From: Chitinophaga pinensis
GTDB lineage: Bacteria > Bacteroidota > Bacteroidia > Palsa-965
Direction: 5' to 3'
Assembly (NCBI GenBank): GCA_943372645.1
Contig: CALRZN010000005.1
Location: 202,057-266,056 of the forward strand
DNA length: 64,000 nt
The position numbers and the translations under genes were made by a program. Shown here piece after piece: positions 48,346 to 57,385 of this stretch; position 1 is the stretch's first letter, and the number at the start of each line of letters is the position of its first letter. The notes below the pieces were generated by a model, which was given only the letters and a program-made list of their open reading frames with translations, did not search any database and was not told the DNA's origin.

Positions 48346-50055
48346 TTATTCGCGGGCTTCGCCGGGAGCGGTGTACCTGCGTTTTTTCGGATCGGCTTCG
48401 CGGTAAAGCACATACATGATGCGTTCGTCGCGGCCGTAAACATCGTTCAGCAGTAGTATTTTGTTGTCATCTGTTGCATAACAGGTAAAATAACGCACAT
48501 AAATCGGCAACGGTTTTTTGGCATACACGCGGCGCTGCGAATGTTCTTTCATCCACAGGTCAAACGTATCTTTCGGCAATTTCACACTGTCGTCGCGGAT
48601 GATGAAGTAGGCGAGGTCCATGTATTTTTCAAGACGCATGCAGCCGTGGCTCTGCGCGCGGTTTTCGTAACCGAAAAACGATTTGGAGTTGGTGTCGTGC
48701 ATGTACACGCCGTGCCTGTTCGGGAAATCAAATTTCAAAATGCCCAGCGAGTTGCCGCGCCCGATGCGCTGCCGGAATTTGTAGGGCAGGTTATTCCGCG
48801 ATACTTTTTTCCAGTCAATGGTATTTGGGTCAACCACTTTTCCGCTGCGGTCGAGTACTTCAAAATCTTTTTTGCGCAGGTACGCGGTGTCGCGTTTAAT
48901 GGCCGGAAGCATTTCTTTCCAGGCGATGCTGTACGGCACATGCCAGTAGGGATACAAAATCATGAAGCTGATTTTGCTGGTCAGCTGCGGCGTCTGCGTT
49001 TTCGGTGCACCCACCACAATGCGTGATTTCATAATAACCGTGTCCGCTTCCCACACACGCATTTCAAATGCCGGGATGTTAACGAACAGGTATTGTTTCG
49101 GATATTTTTTCGGTTCGAGCCTCCAGCGTTCCAGGTTCACGGCCATCTGCCGCAGGCGCTCATCCACATTCATGTTCAGTGCTTTGCGCGTCAGGCGCCC
49201 GGGTTTGCCGTCCGGCTCCAGTCCGCAGCGCTTCTGGAATTTTTTCAAACCTTCTGCGAGCTTTAACGAGTCGCTCCCCGGTGTTGTGGAATCATAATCA
49301 TGCCCGGCAACCAGGCGCGGTTTCAGCGCTTTCAAGAATGCGGTCGTATCTTTTTCGATTTCGGGCAGTTCGTCCCATTTTGCCTTTCCGAATTCGTTGC
49401 GGAACTGCGGGATGAATTTTTTCACGGCAATGTAATCGGGATGTTTCGGCTCAATGCTTTCGAATACTTTTTTCACGCGGTTGTTTTTTACCGCATCGTC
49501 AATCAGTGCAAACACATTTGTGTCCAGGCGCTGCGGATGCCACTCGCGCACTTCCACGGTATCATTTGCCATGCGGCCGGTTGAAACGTGAACAGCAAAC
49601 GTAAAAAACGCATCGGTCAGCAGCATGTCCGCATTTGCAAGGTGCGTTACATTGTATTGCTCTTTCGTGCTGTCGTACGACGTGCGTATAAAACTGTCAA
49701 TCAGTGTGGCGTGGTAATCTTCGGCAATCAGTCCCCAGTCAATCGCGTTCATTACAATGCGGTACAACGAATCGCCGGCACTGTTCAGTTTGCCTTTGTC
49801 AATCCACGCCGGTTTGTTTTCGCGTTTGCTGTAAAATGTTTTTGTCCAGGAGGCCGCAAACAACGTATCCGTTTTACCGTACACAAATTTGTGTGAGGTA
49901 TCAATGGCTGCAATTTTTGCAGTGAGTGCTTTAGTTGCAAGTTCGTTAACTTCTTCCGGGTCTTCTGCAACTACTTCTTTTTCGGTTGAGGAAGAACAGG
50001 ACAGCATGAATAATGCAGCCAGGGAAACGAGCAGGTACTTTAAAGGAGGATTCAT
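48346..50055 (-). CDS. L,D-transpeptidase (YkuD) family protein with N-terminal extension
   Basis: Catalytic SHGCMRL motif. Lipobox LSCSS. Start trimmed to MNPPLKY. Confidence 0.85.
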   Translation of the reverse strand: MNPPLKYLLVSLAALFMLSCSSSTEKEVVAEDPEEVNELATKALTAKIAAIDTSHKFVYGKTDTLFAASWTKTFYSKRENKPAWIDKGKLNSAGDSLYRIVMNAIDWGLIAEDYHATLIDSFIRTSYDSTKEQYNVTHLANADMLLTDAFFTFAVHVSTGRMANDTVEVREWHPQRLDTNVFALIDDAVKNNRVKKVFESIEPKHPDYIAVKKFIPQFRNEFGKAKWDELPEIEKDTTAFLKALKPRLVAGHDYDSTTPGSDSLKLAEGLKKFQKRCGLEPDGKPGRLTRKALNMNVDERLRQMAVNLERWRLEPKKYPKQYLFVNIPAFEMRVWEADTVIMKSRIVVGAPKTQTPQLTSKISFMILYPYWHVPYSIAWKEMLPAIKRDTAYLRKKDFEVLDRSGKVVDPNTIDWKKVSRNNLPYKFRQRIGRGNSLGILKFDFPNRHGVYMHDTNSKSFFGYENRAQSHGCMRLEKYMDLAYFIIRDDSVKLPKDTFDLWMKEHSQRRVYAKKPLPIYVRYFTCYATDDNKILLLNDVYGRDERIMYVLYREADPKKRRYTAPGEARE

Positions 50056-50174
50056 GTTTGCTGCGGCAAAGCTATGAAAAAGGGACATACACCACCCCGG
50101 TGATTTATTAAATGAAGGTTATCCGCTGATAAATGATGGAATTAGCCGGTGAAAAACGATTCGGTAAACGAAAA

Positions 50175-50215
50175 CGCCCCGGCTGATTCCGATAGCTATC
50201 GGAAAGCCGGGGCGC
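50175..50215 (-). terminator. Intrinsic terminator after T9SS cargo gene
   Basis: Perfect 10-bp stem cgccccggct/agccggggcg with an inner palindrome, followed by a U-tract on the minus strand. Confidence 0.6.
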
Positions 50216-50234
50216 AACGGTATTGGTAATATGC

Positions 50235-51188
50235 TTACTTCACTACGGTAAACTTGCCGCGGGTAATTACAGCATTGTTTTCATCCAGGATGGTGTAGTT
50301 GTACAATCCGTTGGCGTAGTTGTGGGTCATTTCTTTCGCTTTGTGGTTGGTTACTTCTACCACTTTCACGGTGCGGCCGGTCATGTCGGTAATTTCCACT
50401 TTCGCGGCTTTGTCTGAAGCGATGGTAAAGTTCACTTCGTTCGAAGTCGGGTTCGGGAATACCTTCACGTTTTTGGCAGCAGCAGATGCTTCGTCAACAC
50501 CTACCCAGCCACCAAATGTGCCTGCATCAATAATGAATGCGCTGCCCGCCTGTGCCACGGTTGATCCGCTTGAGCTGAAGGTCATGCGCAGGGTGTCAGG
50601 GAAGTTGGCATTGTTAAAGCTGGCGTAATCATAGGTAATGGTGCGCTGTGCATACGCCGAAACGGTACCTGCAATAAAATCAAAACCATCAGCAATCGTT
50701 TCACGCTGCATGGTGGTGGTGTTCCAGCGGGTAAGTTCAGTATAGCAGTATGCGGTATCACCAGCAGTCGGTGCATATTTGGCATAATACGTAAACGTAG
50801 CCGGGCGGCTGGTGTACGGTTTGCCATCAATCACGTCAAATGACGGCGTAGTAACCACTGTACCGAGAATACATGCACCGATACGGTTCGGGATATTCAC
50901 CGGATCAGGATTGTAAAGCAGGTCAACGGTTGTGATTTTGCACGAGAACGAACCCTGGTACTGGTTCGGCGATAATTCTTTAAACACACTGGCCGGATTT
51001 GGGTTCGGGTTCGGGAAGGTGAGCAGCGGGTTTGCAAAGGTGTTTGCAGTTACCCAGTTGCTCGGTTCTTCCGGCGAACCGAATAATTGTGCCCACGTTT
51101 CAAAATCTCCGTTAAGCAGCGGAGCCTGTGCAAATGCTGCAGCAGCTGTTATGAAGAGTGCTGATAATGTGATTGTAATTTTTTTCAT
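50235..51188 (-). CDS. T9SS C-terminal-sorting-domain (type A) secreted protein, unknown N-terminal domain
   Basis: Signal peptide and a C-terminal approximately 80 aa ...VFPNPTSNEVNFTI...GLYNYTI...GKFTVVK. NPNPNP linker. Confidence 0.8.
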   Translation of the reverse strand: MKKITITLSALFITAAAAFAQAPLLNGDFETWAQLFGSPEEPSNWVTANTFANPLLTFPNPNPNPASVFKELSPNQYQGSFSCKITTVDLLYNPDPVNIPNRIGACILGTVVTTPSFDVIDGKPYTSRPATFTYYAKYAPTAGDTAYCYTELTRWNTTTMQRETIADGFDFIAGTVSAYAQRTITYDYASFNNANFPDTLRMTFSSSGSTVAQAGSAFIIDAGTFGGWVGVDEASAAAKNVKVFPNPTSNEVNFTIASDKAAKVEITDMTGRTVKVVEVTNHKAKEMTHNYANGLYNYTILDENNAVITRGKFTVVK

Positions 51189-51278
51189 GGTTCTTTTTTT
51201 TCTTTGATTCAAAGGTATGGAATTGATACCGAACAGGACGATGCGATTTGCATTAAATCTTACCTGTTCAGCATAGGA

Positions 51279-52358
51279 TTAATGATGCGTAACGATAAAT
51301 TTACCCTGCCCGATAGTTGCGCCTGATGCTTCCGCAGTGCGGTAATAATACACACCCGAAGCAAACGAACGCACATCCAGGCTGGCTTTCCCGCTCACCA
51401 TGTCTACTAAAGCAACTTCGCGGCCGCTGATATCGAAAATGCGGGCAGAAATGGCTCCACTGTTTTCAGTGTACAGGTTAATAATATCGGAAGCCGGATT
51501 TGGGAAAACACCGAGAGCCGGCGCACAAATACATTCCGGCACACTGATCACCTGCGGGGTGGCCTGCAGCCATGTTGCGCGCGTAATCAGGCCCAGGTCC
51601 TGGTCGTCGCTCAGTTCCGCAACCGGGAAACCGGCACCGTTTGCCCAGAACTGGTAGGTACGGGCCGAATCCATCTGCGAGAAAAAGTTCGGTGCCCACA
51701 TGCCCAGTGCATAAATATCAATGGTGTCAATCTGGCTGCGGAGTACATTTACACGTAATGTGTTAAATGTGCCGAGCGGCGTTGTCAGGTTGCCCCAGCC
51801 ATCTACCGAACCGTGTTTGTGAATGCGGGTATGCACACGCACGGAGTCAATCACAAAACCGATTCCCGGGTCGAAACCGAGCGGAAACTGTGCATCGCCT
51901 GACGCATCGTCCACAATGGTGTCACCATAATTCATGGCAAACGGTGCGAGCGTTTCAAAGTTGCTGAGCCCAAGCACCAGCGGAGTGCCCAGCCCGAACG
52001 GATCGGAAGCCTGGCCCGCCAGTTCCAGTGCGGTGGTTGAATACTTCAGGTAAATAAACGCGCTGTCAGCAATCGGCGAAGTTTGAATAATCGCGTAGTT
52101 ACATCCCGGGATCTGCGATCCGTAAGGCGTAAACTGCGGTGCGGTAAACGTCAGCGTATCTACCGAATGGTTGTTGAGGGCCGACAGGTTCCAGGTTTGT
52201 GCGGCGCCGGCAGTTCCCGGCGTAACCGTTGGTGTGGTGTCCTGTGCCTGGCGGATCACCGTAAAAATCGGTGCTACGTCTGCCAGTGTAATCGTAATCT
52301 GAGCAGAACCAGCCAGCGGCAGTAATGCAACAGTAAATGCGAGTAAGTGTTTTTTCAT
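51279..52358 (-). CDS. T9SS C-terminal-sorting-domain secreted protein, unknown N-terminal domain
   Basis: Signal peptide and C-terminal GVFPNPASDIINLY...GVYYYRT...GKFIVTHH. Confidence 0.8.
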   Translation of the reverse strand: MKKHLLAFTVALLPLAGSAQITITLADVAPIFTVIRQAQDTTPTVTPGTAGAAQTWNLSALNNHSVDTLTFTAPQFTPYGSQIPGCNYAIIQTSPIADSAFIYLKYSTTALELAGQASDPFGLGTPLVLGLSNFETLAPFAMNYGDTIVDDASGDAQFPLGFDPGIGFVIDSVRVHTRIHKHGSVDGWGNLTTPLGTFNTLRVNVLRSQIDTIDIYALGMWAPNFFSQMDSARTYQFWANGAGFPVAELSDDQDLGLITRATWLQATPQVISVPECICAPALGVFPNPASDIINLYTENSGAISARIFDISGREVALVDMVSGKASLDVRSFASGVYYYRTAEASGATIGQGKFIVTHH

Positions 52359-52476
52359 GGGTACGGTTTTATTTCACGTATTTACAAAAATACACAATTA
52401 AAACAGACGGGTTTATGGCGGATTAATAAGCGGAAATCAGAACGGACAGGCGGTTTTCGAAAAAATGGAGTCCGAA

Positions 52477-54339
52477 TTACACAAAGAGTTGCAGGTCGTA
52501 CAGCTTTTTGTATGCGCCCTGTTTCTCCAGAAGCGCCTGGTGGGTGCCGCGTTCAATAATTTCGCCCTTCTGCAGGACAATGATCTCATCCGCGTGCTGA
52601 ATGGTGCTCAGGCGGTGCGCAATTATAATAGACGTGCGGTTCTGCATCAGTTTGTTCAGCGCATCCTGCACCAGGCGTTCGCTTTCGGTATCCAGTGCCG
52701 AGGTGGCTTCGTCAAGAATCAGGATCGGCGGGTTTTTCAGTACTGCGCGTGCAATGGCAATACGCTGTTTCTGTCCGCCGCTCAGTTTCATGCCGCGGTC
52801 GCCGATATTGGTCTGGTAGCCTTCGGGCTGCTCCAGGATAAAATCGTGCGCATTGGCTACGCGTGCGGCTTCTTCCACCTGTTCGGGCGTGGCATCGGTT
52901 ACACCAAATGCAATGTTGTTAAAAATGGTGTCGTTAAATAAAATAGACTCCTGCGAAACAATGCCCATCAGGTCGCGCAGTTGGGTCATGCCCACATCGC
53001 GTATCGGGATGCCGTCAATGCGTATTTCGCCGCCGGTGGGATCGTAAAAGCGCGGCAGCAGGTCGGCCAGCGTGGTTTTACCCGAGCCGGATTGCCCCAC
53101 CAGCGCAATGGATTGTCCCTTTTTGATATTCAGGTGTACGTTCTTCAGCGCCCAGCCATCGTCGCCGCGGTTGTAGGCAAACGAAAGGTTGTCGTAGATA
53201 ATCTCGTTTTCGAACCGGGTAAGCTGTTTCGGTGCCGGGTTTTCTTTGATGGTTTCTTCTGCGTCCAGTATTTTATTGATGCGTTCCACCGAAGCCAGGC
53301 CTTTCTGCACATTAAAGTACGCCTGCGTAAACTGGCGGATAGGCACCACCAGCTGTGAAAATACCGCGAGGTAACCGATGAACTTGTCGCCGGTCATGCT
53401 GTTGTCGTTATCAAGAATCAGTTTGCCGCCGTAGTACATTACCACGCACAGCACAATCACAATCAGGAATTCCGTGAGCGGCGATGCGAGGTCCACCTTG
53501 CGGTAATTCGAAATCATGGTCTGCGTATATTTTTCGTTTTCGGCAGCATAGCGGCCATATACTTTTTTCTCGGCGTTAAATCCTTTGATGATGCGCAGTC
53601 CGCCCAGCATTTCTTCCATCAGCGAATTGAGCAGGCCGAGCTGTTCCTTGGCGCGTCCGGAACTGCGTTTGAGGCTTTTTGCAATCAGCACCAGCACAAT
53701 GCCGGCTACCGGTGTGGCCAGCAGCACCATCACGGTAAGTTCGGTACTGAGCATAAACAGCGAAACAAGAAAAACCACCACGGTAATCGGTTCGCGGAAA
53801 ATCATCTCCAGCGAACTCATTATGCTCCATTCCACTTCCTGCACATCAGCCGAAACCCGGCTCATGATGTCGCCCTTGCGTTCGCCGGAATACCACGACA
53901 GCTGCAGGCGCAGCGATTTGTTATACATGCGGTTCCGGAAATCGCGCACCACGCTGTTGCGGATCACGGCCAGGAAAAACATGGCGAGGTAACGGAACAG
54001 GCTTTTGAAAAAGATAACGGTAATGGTGCTCACGCAGATCCACGCCAGCGCCTTCAGCCGGCCCTCGTCTATATTATCGAAACTGAGAATGTAGTGGCTT
54101 ATTTTAAAGTTCACCCAGTCCAGCACATCGTTCAGCGAAAAGCCGATAACCGGCTCTCCTTTGGCCACATTGGCCTGGAAATCGGCCAGCTTACTATAAA
54201 ACAGCAGCCGCAGCAGCGGGATGAGTGAAAGCAGGGAAAAGAGGTTGAAAAAGACGGAGAGCACGTTAAACGTAATATTGAGCATCCCGTAACGCCAGTA
54301 GCCCCGTACATAACTTAAAACCCCGAAGAAATTTTTCAC
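52477..54339 (-). CDS. ABC transporter ATP-binding/permease protein (MsbA-like exporter)
   Basis: 6-TM domain plus NBD (Walker A GQSGSGKTT, signature LSGGQKQR, Walker B ILILDEA). Start placed at the GTG (VKNFFGVLSYV..., 54339), because the track's upstream extension overlaps rbfA. Confidence 0.8.
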   Translation of the reverse strand: MKNFFGVLSYVRGYWRYGMLNITFNVLSVFFNLFSLLSLIPLLRLLFYSKLADFQANVAKGEPVIGFSLNDVLDWVNFKISHYILSFDNIDEGRLKALAWICVSTITVIFFKSLFRYLAMFFLAVIRNSVVRDFRNRMYNKSLRLQLSWYSGERKGDIMSRVSADVQEVEWSIMSSLEMIFREPITVVVFLVSLFMLSTELTVMVLLATPVAGIVLVLIAKSLKRSSGRAKEQLGLLNSLMEEMLGGLRIIKGFNAEKKVYGRYAAENEKYTQTMISNYRKVDLASPLTEFLIVIVLCVVMYYGGKLILDNDNSMTGDKFIGYLAVFSQLVVPIRQFTQAYFNVQKGLASVERINKILDAEETIKENPAPKQLTRFENEIIYDNLSFAYNRGDDGWALKNVHLNIKKGQSIALVGQSGSGKTTLADLLPRFYDPTGGEIRIDGIPIRDVGMTQLRDLMGIVSQESILFNDTIFNNIAFGVTDATPEQVEEAARVANAHDFILEQPEGYQTNIGDRGMKLSGGQKQRIAIARAVLKNPPILILDEATSALDTESERLVQDALNKLMQNRTSIIIAHRLSTIQHADEIIVLQKGEIIERGTHQALLEKQGAYKKLYDLQLFV

Positions 54340-54363
54340 ACGGCAAAGATAGTGTTTTGTTTT

Positions 54364-54371
54364 ACCTTTGT
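54364..54371 (+). promoter_or_regulatory. Candidate -7 element TAccTTTG 4 nt upstream of rbfA ATG
   Basis: ttttacctttgtcccgATG. Same arrangement as at coaX. Confidence 0.3.
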
Positions 54372-54375
54372 CCCG

Positions 54376-54717
54376 ATGGAAACTACTCGACAGCAAAAGT
54401 TTGGGCGCCTTGTTCAGAAAGAAATCGCGGATATTTTTCTGCGCGAAGGCAACGAATATGTGGCCGGTGCCATGGTTACCGTTACCGAAGCGCGGGTGAG
54501 CCCCGACCTGAGCGTGGCTAAAATCTATGTCAGCATCTTCCCGCCCGCCAGCCGCAACACGGTTTTTGAACGCATCCGTAAAAACGTGATTGAAATCCGC
54601 CGCATGCTCGGCGCACGCATCCGCCACCAGGCACGGGTAACACCGGAAATTATTTTTTACCTCGACGATACACTCGACCAGGCGCAGCACATTGAAGAGT
54701 TGCTGAAAAAAATCTAA
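54376..54717 (+). CDS. rbfA: Ribosome-binding factor A
   Basis: METTRQQKFGRLVQKEIADIF...VTVTEARVSPDLSVAKIYVS, the KH-like RbfA signature. Confidence 0.85.
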   Translation: METTRQQKFGRLVQKEIADIFLREGNEYVAGAMVTVTEARVSPDLSVAKIYVSIFPPASRNTVFERIRKNVIEIRRMLGARIRHQARVTPEIIFYLDDTLDQAQHIEELLKKI

Positions 54718-54726
54718 TTTTCCGGT

Positions 54727-55977
54727 ATGCGATTTCCGCTCTTCATCGGTTTCCGGTACCTCTTTTCCAAAAAGTCGCACAACGCGATTAACATCATTAC
54801 GGCCATTTCCATGATCTGTGTGGCCGGGGTGAGCATGGCCCTGGTGATTATTCTCTCGGCCATGAACGGGCTTTCCGGGCTGGTGCAGACGCTTTACAAT
54901 TCCTTTAACCCCGACATCCGCATCACCCCCGCAACCGGAAAAACCATGCTGCTCGATTCCACGCAGCTTGCGCAGTTACGCCGCATTCCCGGCATTACGT
55001 ATTGCAACGAAGTGGTGGAAGAAAATGCGCTGCTCGAATACGATGGCCGGCAAATGGTGGCGTATGTGCGCGGGGTAGGGACGGATTTTTTGCCCATGTC
55101 GCGGTTTGATACACTGGTGCGTGAAGGCACCTGCCGCATTGAAAACGACGGCTCACAAACGTTTGTGGTGGTGGGTCGCGGCATTGCCGGGCGGCTCGGT
55201 ATCGGTATCGAAGAAGGATTTTCACTCGCCCCGCTCAACCTGCTCGCACCCCGCCGCGGCGCCGACCTGCGCATCACGCCCGACAACCTGGATGAAGATG
55301 CCTTCGTGAAAAAAACAACCTACGTTGCAGGTGCGTACGGCATCAACGACGATTTTGATTTTAAATACGTCATCGTTCCGGTTGCTTATGCGCGCGAACT
55401 GTATGGTTATACCGGCGAATGTTCCTCAATCGAACTGGCCATCAAACCCGGCACCGATGTGGACCAGCTGCGCACAGAGATTACGAAACTGCTCGGCAAT
55501 AAAATTGTGATCAAAGACCGGATGCAGCAGGATGCGTTACTCTATAAAACACTGAAATCGGAAAAACTGTGGACGTTTATCATCCTGCTTTTTATCCTGC
55601 TCATTGCCGTGTTTAACATCACCGGTTCGTTAACCATGCTCATCATTGAAAAGAAAAAAGACATTGGTATTCTCTGGAGCATGGGTGCTGACCGCGGACT
55701 CATCCGCCGCATCTTTTTTACCGAGGGCGTGCTCGTTACACTTTTCGGTGTGGTGGCCGGTATTCTTGTCGGACTCCTCATCTGCTGGTTGCAGATCGAA
55801 TTCAGTTTTTACCGCATCGGCGAAGGATTTGTTGTGGATGCCTACCCGATTATCATCAACTGGAGCGACATCCTGCTCATTCTTGTGTCCGTAATGGCCA
55901 TCGGTATTTTCGCCGCCTGGTACCCGGTGGGCGTGTTTACCCGCAAATACCTTTCGGTGAAGTTTTCAGCGCATTAA
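54727..55977 (+). CDS. LolE/FtsX-like permease
   Basis: MRFPLFIGFRYLFSKKSHNAINIITAISMI... canonical FtsX-family N-terminus with a 4-TM topology. Confidence 0.85.
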   Translation: MRFPLFIGFRYLFSKKSHNAINIITAISMICVAGVSMALVIILSAMNGLSGLVQTLYNSFNPDIRITPATGKTMLLDSTQLAQLRRIPGITYCNEVVEENALLEYDGRQMVAYVRGVGTDFLPMSRFDTLVREGTCRIENDGSQTFVVVGRGIAGRLGIGIEEGFSLAPLNLLAPRRGADLRITPDNLDEDAFVKKTTYVAGAYGINDDFDFKYVIVPVAYARELYGYTGECSSIELAIKPGTDVDQLRTEITKLLGNKIVIKDRMQQDALLYKTLKSEKLWTFIILLFILLIAVFNITGSLTMLIIEKKKDIGILWSMGADRGLIRRIFFTEGVLVTLFGVVAGILVGLLICWLQIEFSFYRIGEGFVVDAYPIIINWSDILLILVSVMAIGIFAAWYPVGVFTRKYLSVKFSAH

Positions 55978-55979
55978 AT

Positions 55980-56178
55980 GATCTTTTAAAATAGACAGCA
56001 AACCAACTCCGGTATTTGTAAAATAACTCCCGGTCCGAGTTTGCAGTCGGCAGTTTTCAGTTTTCAGTTTTTGCATTGTATTTCACGGAATATGCCCATG
56101 TTCCGGACTAAAATCGGAACTGCAAATTGCAAACTGAAAACTGCAAACTAATTATAGGATGCTAATTTTAAAAGATCA
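55980..56178. repeat. MITE-like element R5: 13-bp terminal inverted repeats flanking an internal CAGTTTT-unit palindrome
   Basis: Terminal inverted repeats gatcttttaaaat (55980-55992) and attttaaaagatc (56166-56178). Internal arms agtttgcagtcggcagttttcagttttcagttttt / gaactgcaaattgcaaactgaaaactgcaaact. Confidence 0.5.
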
Positions 56179-56244
56179 TTTTTACTTCCACAGAATTTAA
56201 TATTTTGATAAAACAGGAGTTGCTCCCGGCGGCTTCGGTGTGGT

Positions 56245-56252
56245 TACTTTTG
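56245..56252 (+). promoter_or_regulatory. Candidate -7 element TActTTTG upstream of PP2C gene
   Basis: tacttttg about 45 nt upstream of the ORF start. Confidence 0.25.
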
Positions 56253-56295
56253 TGCGTACCCGCAATACATCCTGTGCGCAAAATTACCCGGTTGC

Positions 56296-57186
56296 GTGCA
56301 GTTAATAACTGGACTGATGAACATGGTGAAGAAGCAAACCGGCAACCGGAAAGAAAGTATTGTGCGCTACAAGGCAGAAAATGCGCTGCTGCTTAAACAT
56401 TACCTGGCCGAACAGCATCGCATTTCGGAATTACAGGAAAGCATGCGGTATGCACGGCACCTGCACAATGCATTGCTGCCTGATGAATCGCAACTGCGCC
56501 AGACTGCGGGCGATGCATTTGCACTGAACCTGCCCAAAGACACCCTCAGCGGCGATTTTTACTGGTGTGCACGTGCCGGCCGGAAAATTATCATAGCGCT
56601 TGCCGACTGTACCGGGCACGGCATTCCCGGGGCGCTGATGAGTGTGCTCGGCATCAGTTTGCTCAACCAGATTGTACTGGAAGAACGCACCTACGAACCC
56701 GCACACATCCTGCGCCGCCTCGATTACAAAATGCGGCTGACCTTTAAACACACCGAAGAACAAAACCGCTCCGGGTATGACGGGATGGATATAGCGCTTT
56801 GTGTGATTGATACGTTCGACCGGACCATCCAGTATTCCGGTGCAATGCGGCCGCTGTATTTTGTCTGCAACGGAAAAACAATCGTTTATCCCGGTGTGCG
56901 TTATCCCATTGGCGGGCTGCGCCTCGAAAGCCAGCGCACGTACCCGGGCACTTCGTTCAGTGCAGCAACAGGTGATATGATTTACCTGTTCAGCGATGGC
57001 ATGGCCGATCAGTTTGGCGGCGACCGCGGACGGAAATTTACGCCGGTGCGTTTGCGCGGCTTCCTCGAAAGTATTGCGCACCTGCCCGTGGAACAGCAAA
57101 AGCAGCAACTCCATGAACTGTTTATCCTCTGGAAAGGCGCGAATGAACAAACAGACGATGCGATGATTCTCGGTATCCGTTTGTGA
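56296..57186 (+). CDS. PP2C-family (SpoIIE/RsbU-like) protein serine/threonine phosphatase
   Basis: DFYW, ADCTGHG and SDGMADQFGG metal-binding motifs. Confidence 0.85.
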   Translation: MQLITGLMNMVKKQTGNRKESIVRYKAENALLLKHYLAEQHRISELQESMRYARHLHNALLPDESQLRQTAGDAFALNLPKDTLSGDFYWCARAGRKIIIALADCTGHGIPGALMSVLGISLLNQIVLEERTYEPAHILRRLDYKMRLTFKHTEEQNRSGYDGMDIALCVIDTFDRTIQYSGAMRPLYFVCNGKTIVYPGVRYPIGGLRLESQRTYPGTSFSAATGDMIYLFSDGMADQFGGDRGRKFTPVRLRGFLESIAHLPVEQQKQQLHELFILWKGANEQTDDAMILGIRL

Positions 57187-57234
57187 GATTGCTGTTTTCT
57201 GACTTAACTTTGATTAATGCGTTTCTTTATCTAC

Positions 57235-57362
57235 CGTCAGTTCGAGCGTCAGTCGAGAACAGGTTTTATACGAGCTTACATCACTGTTCTCGACTGTCGC
57301 TCGAACTGACATGTGTTATTTCATAATTCATTATTCCAACTGACGCTCGAACTGACGTACGA
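57235..57362. repeat. Palindromic repeat element R6 (GTCAGTTCGAG / TCGAGAAC family) with an extra third arm copy
   Basis: 28-bp inverted repeat cgtcagttcgagcgtcagtcgagaacag / ctgttctcgactgtcgctcgaactgaca, plus a downstream direct copy ctgacgctcgaactgacg. Confidence 0.6.
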
Positions 57363-57385
57363 ATTTGTAACTGCCGGAAGTTAAC

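Noticed and set aside
54340-54780. N-terminal 147 aa of the track's 52477-54780 ORF
   Set aside because: It overlaps rbfA on the opposite strand, and the conserved ABC-exporter N-terminus begins at the GTG at 54339.
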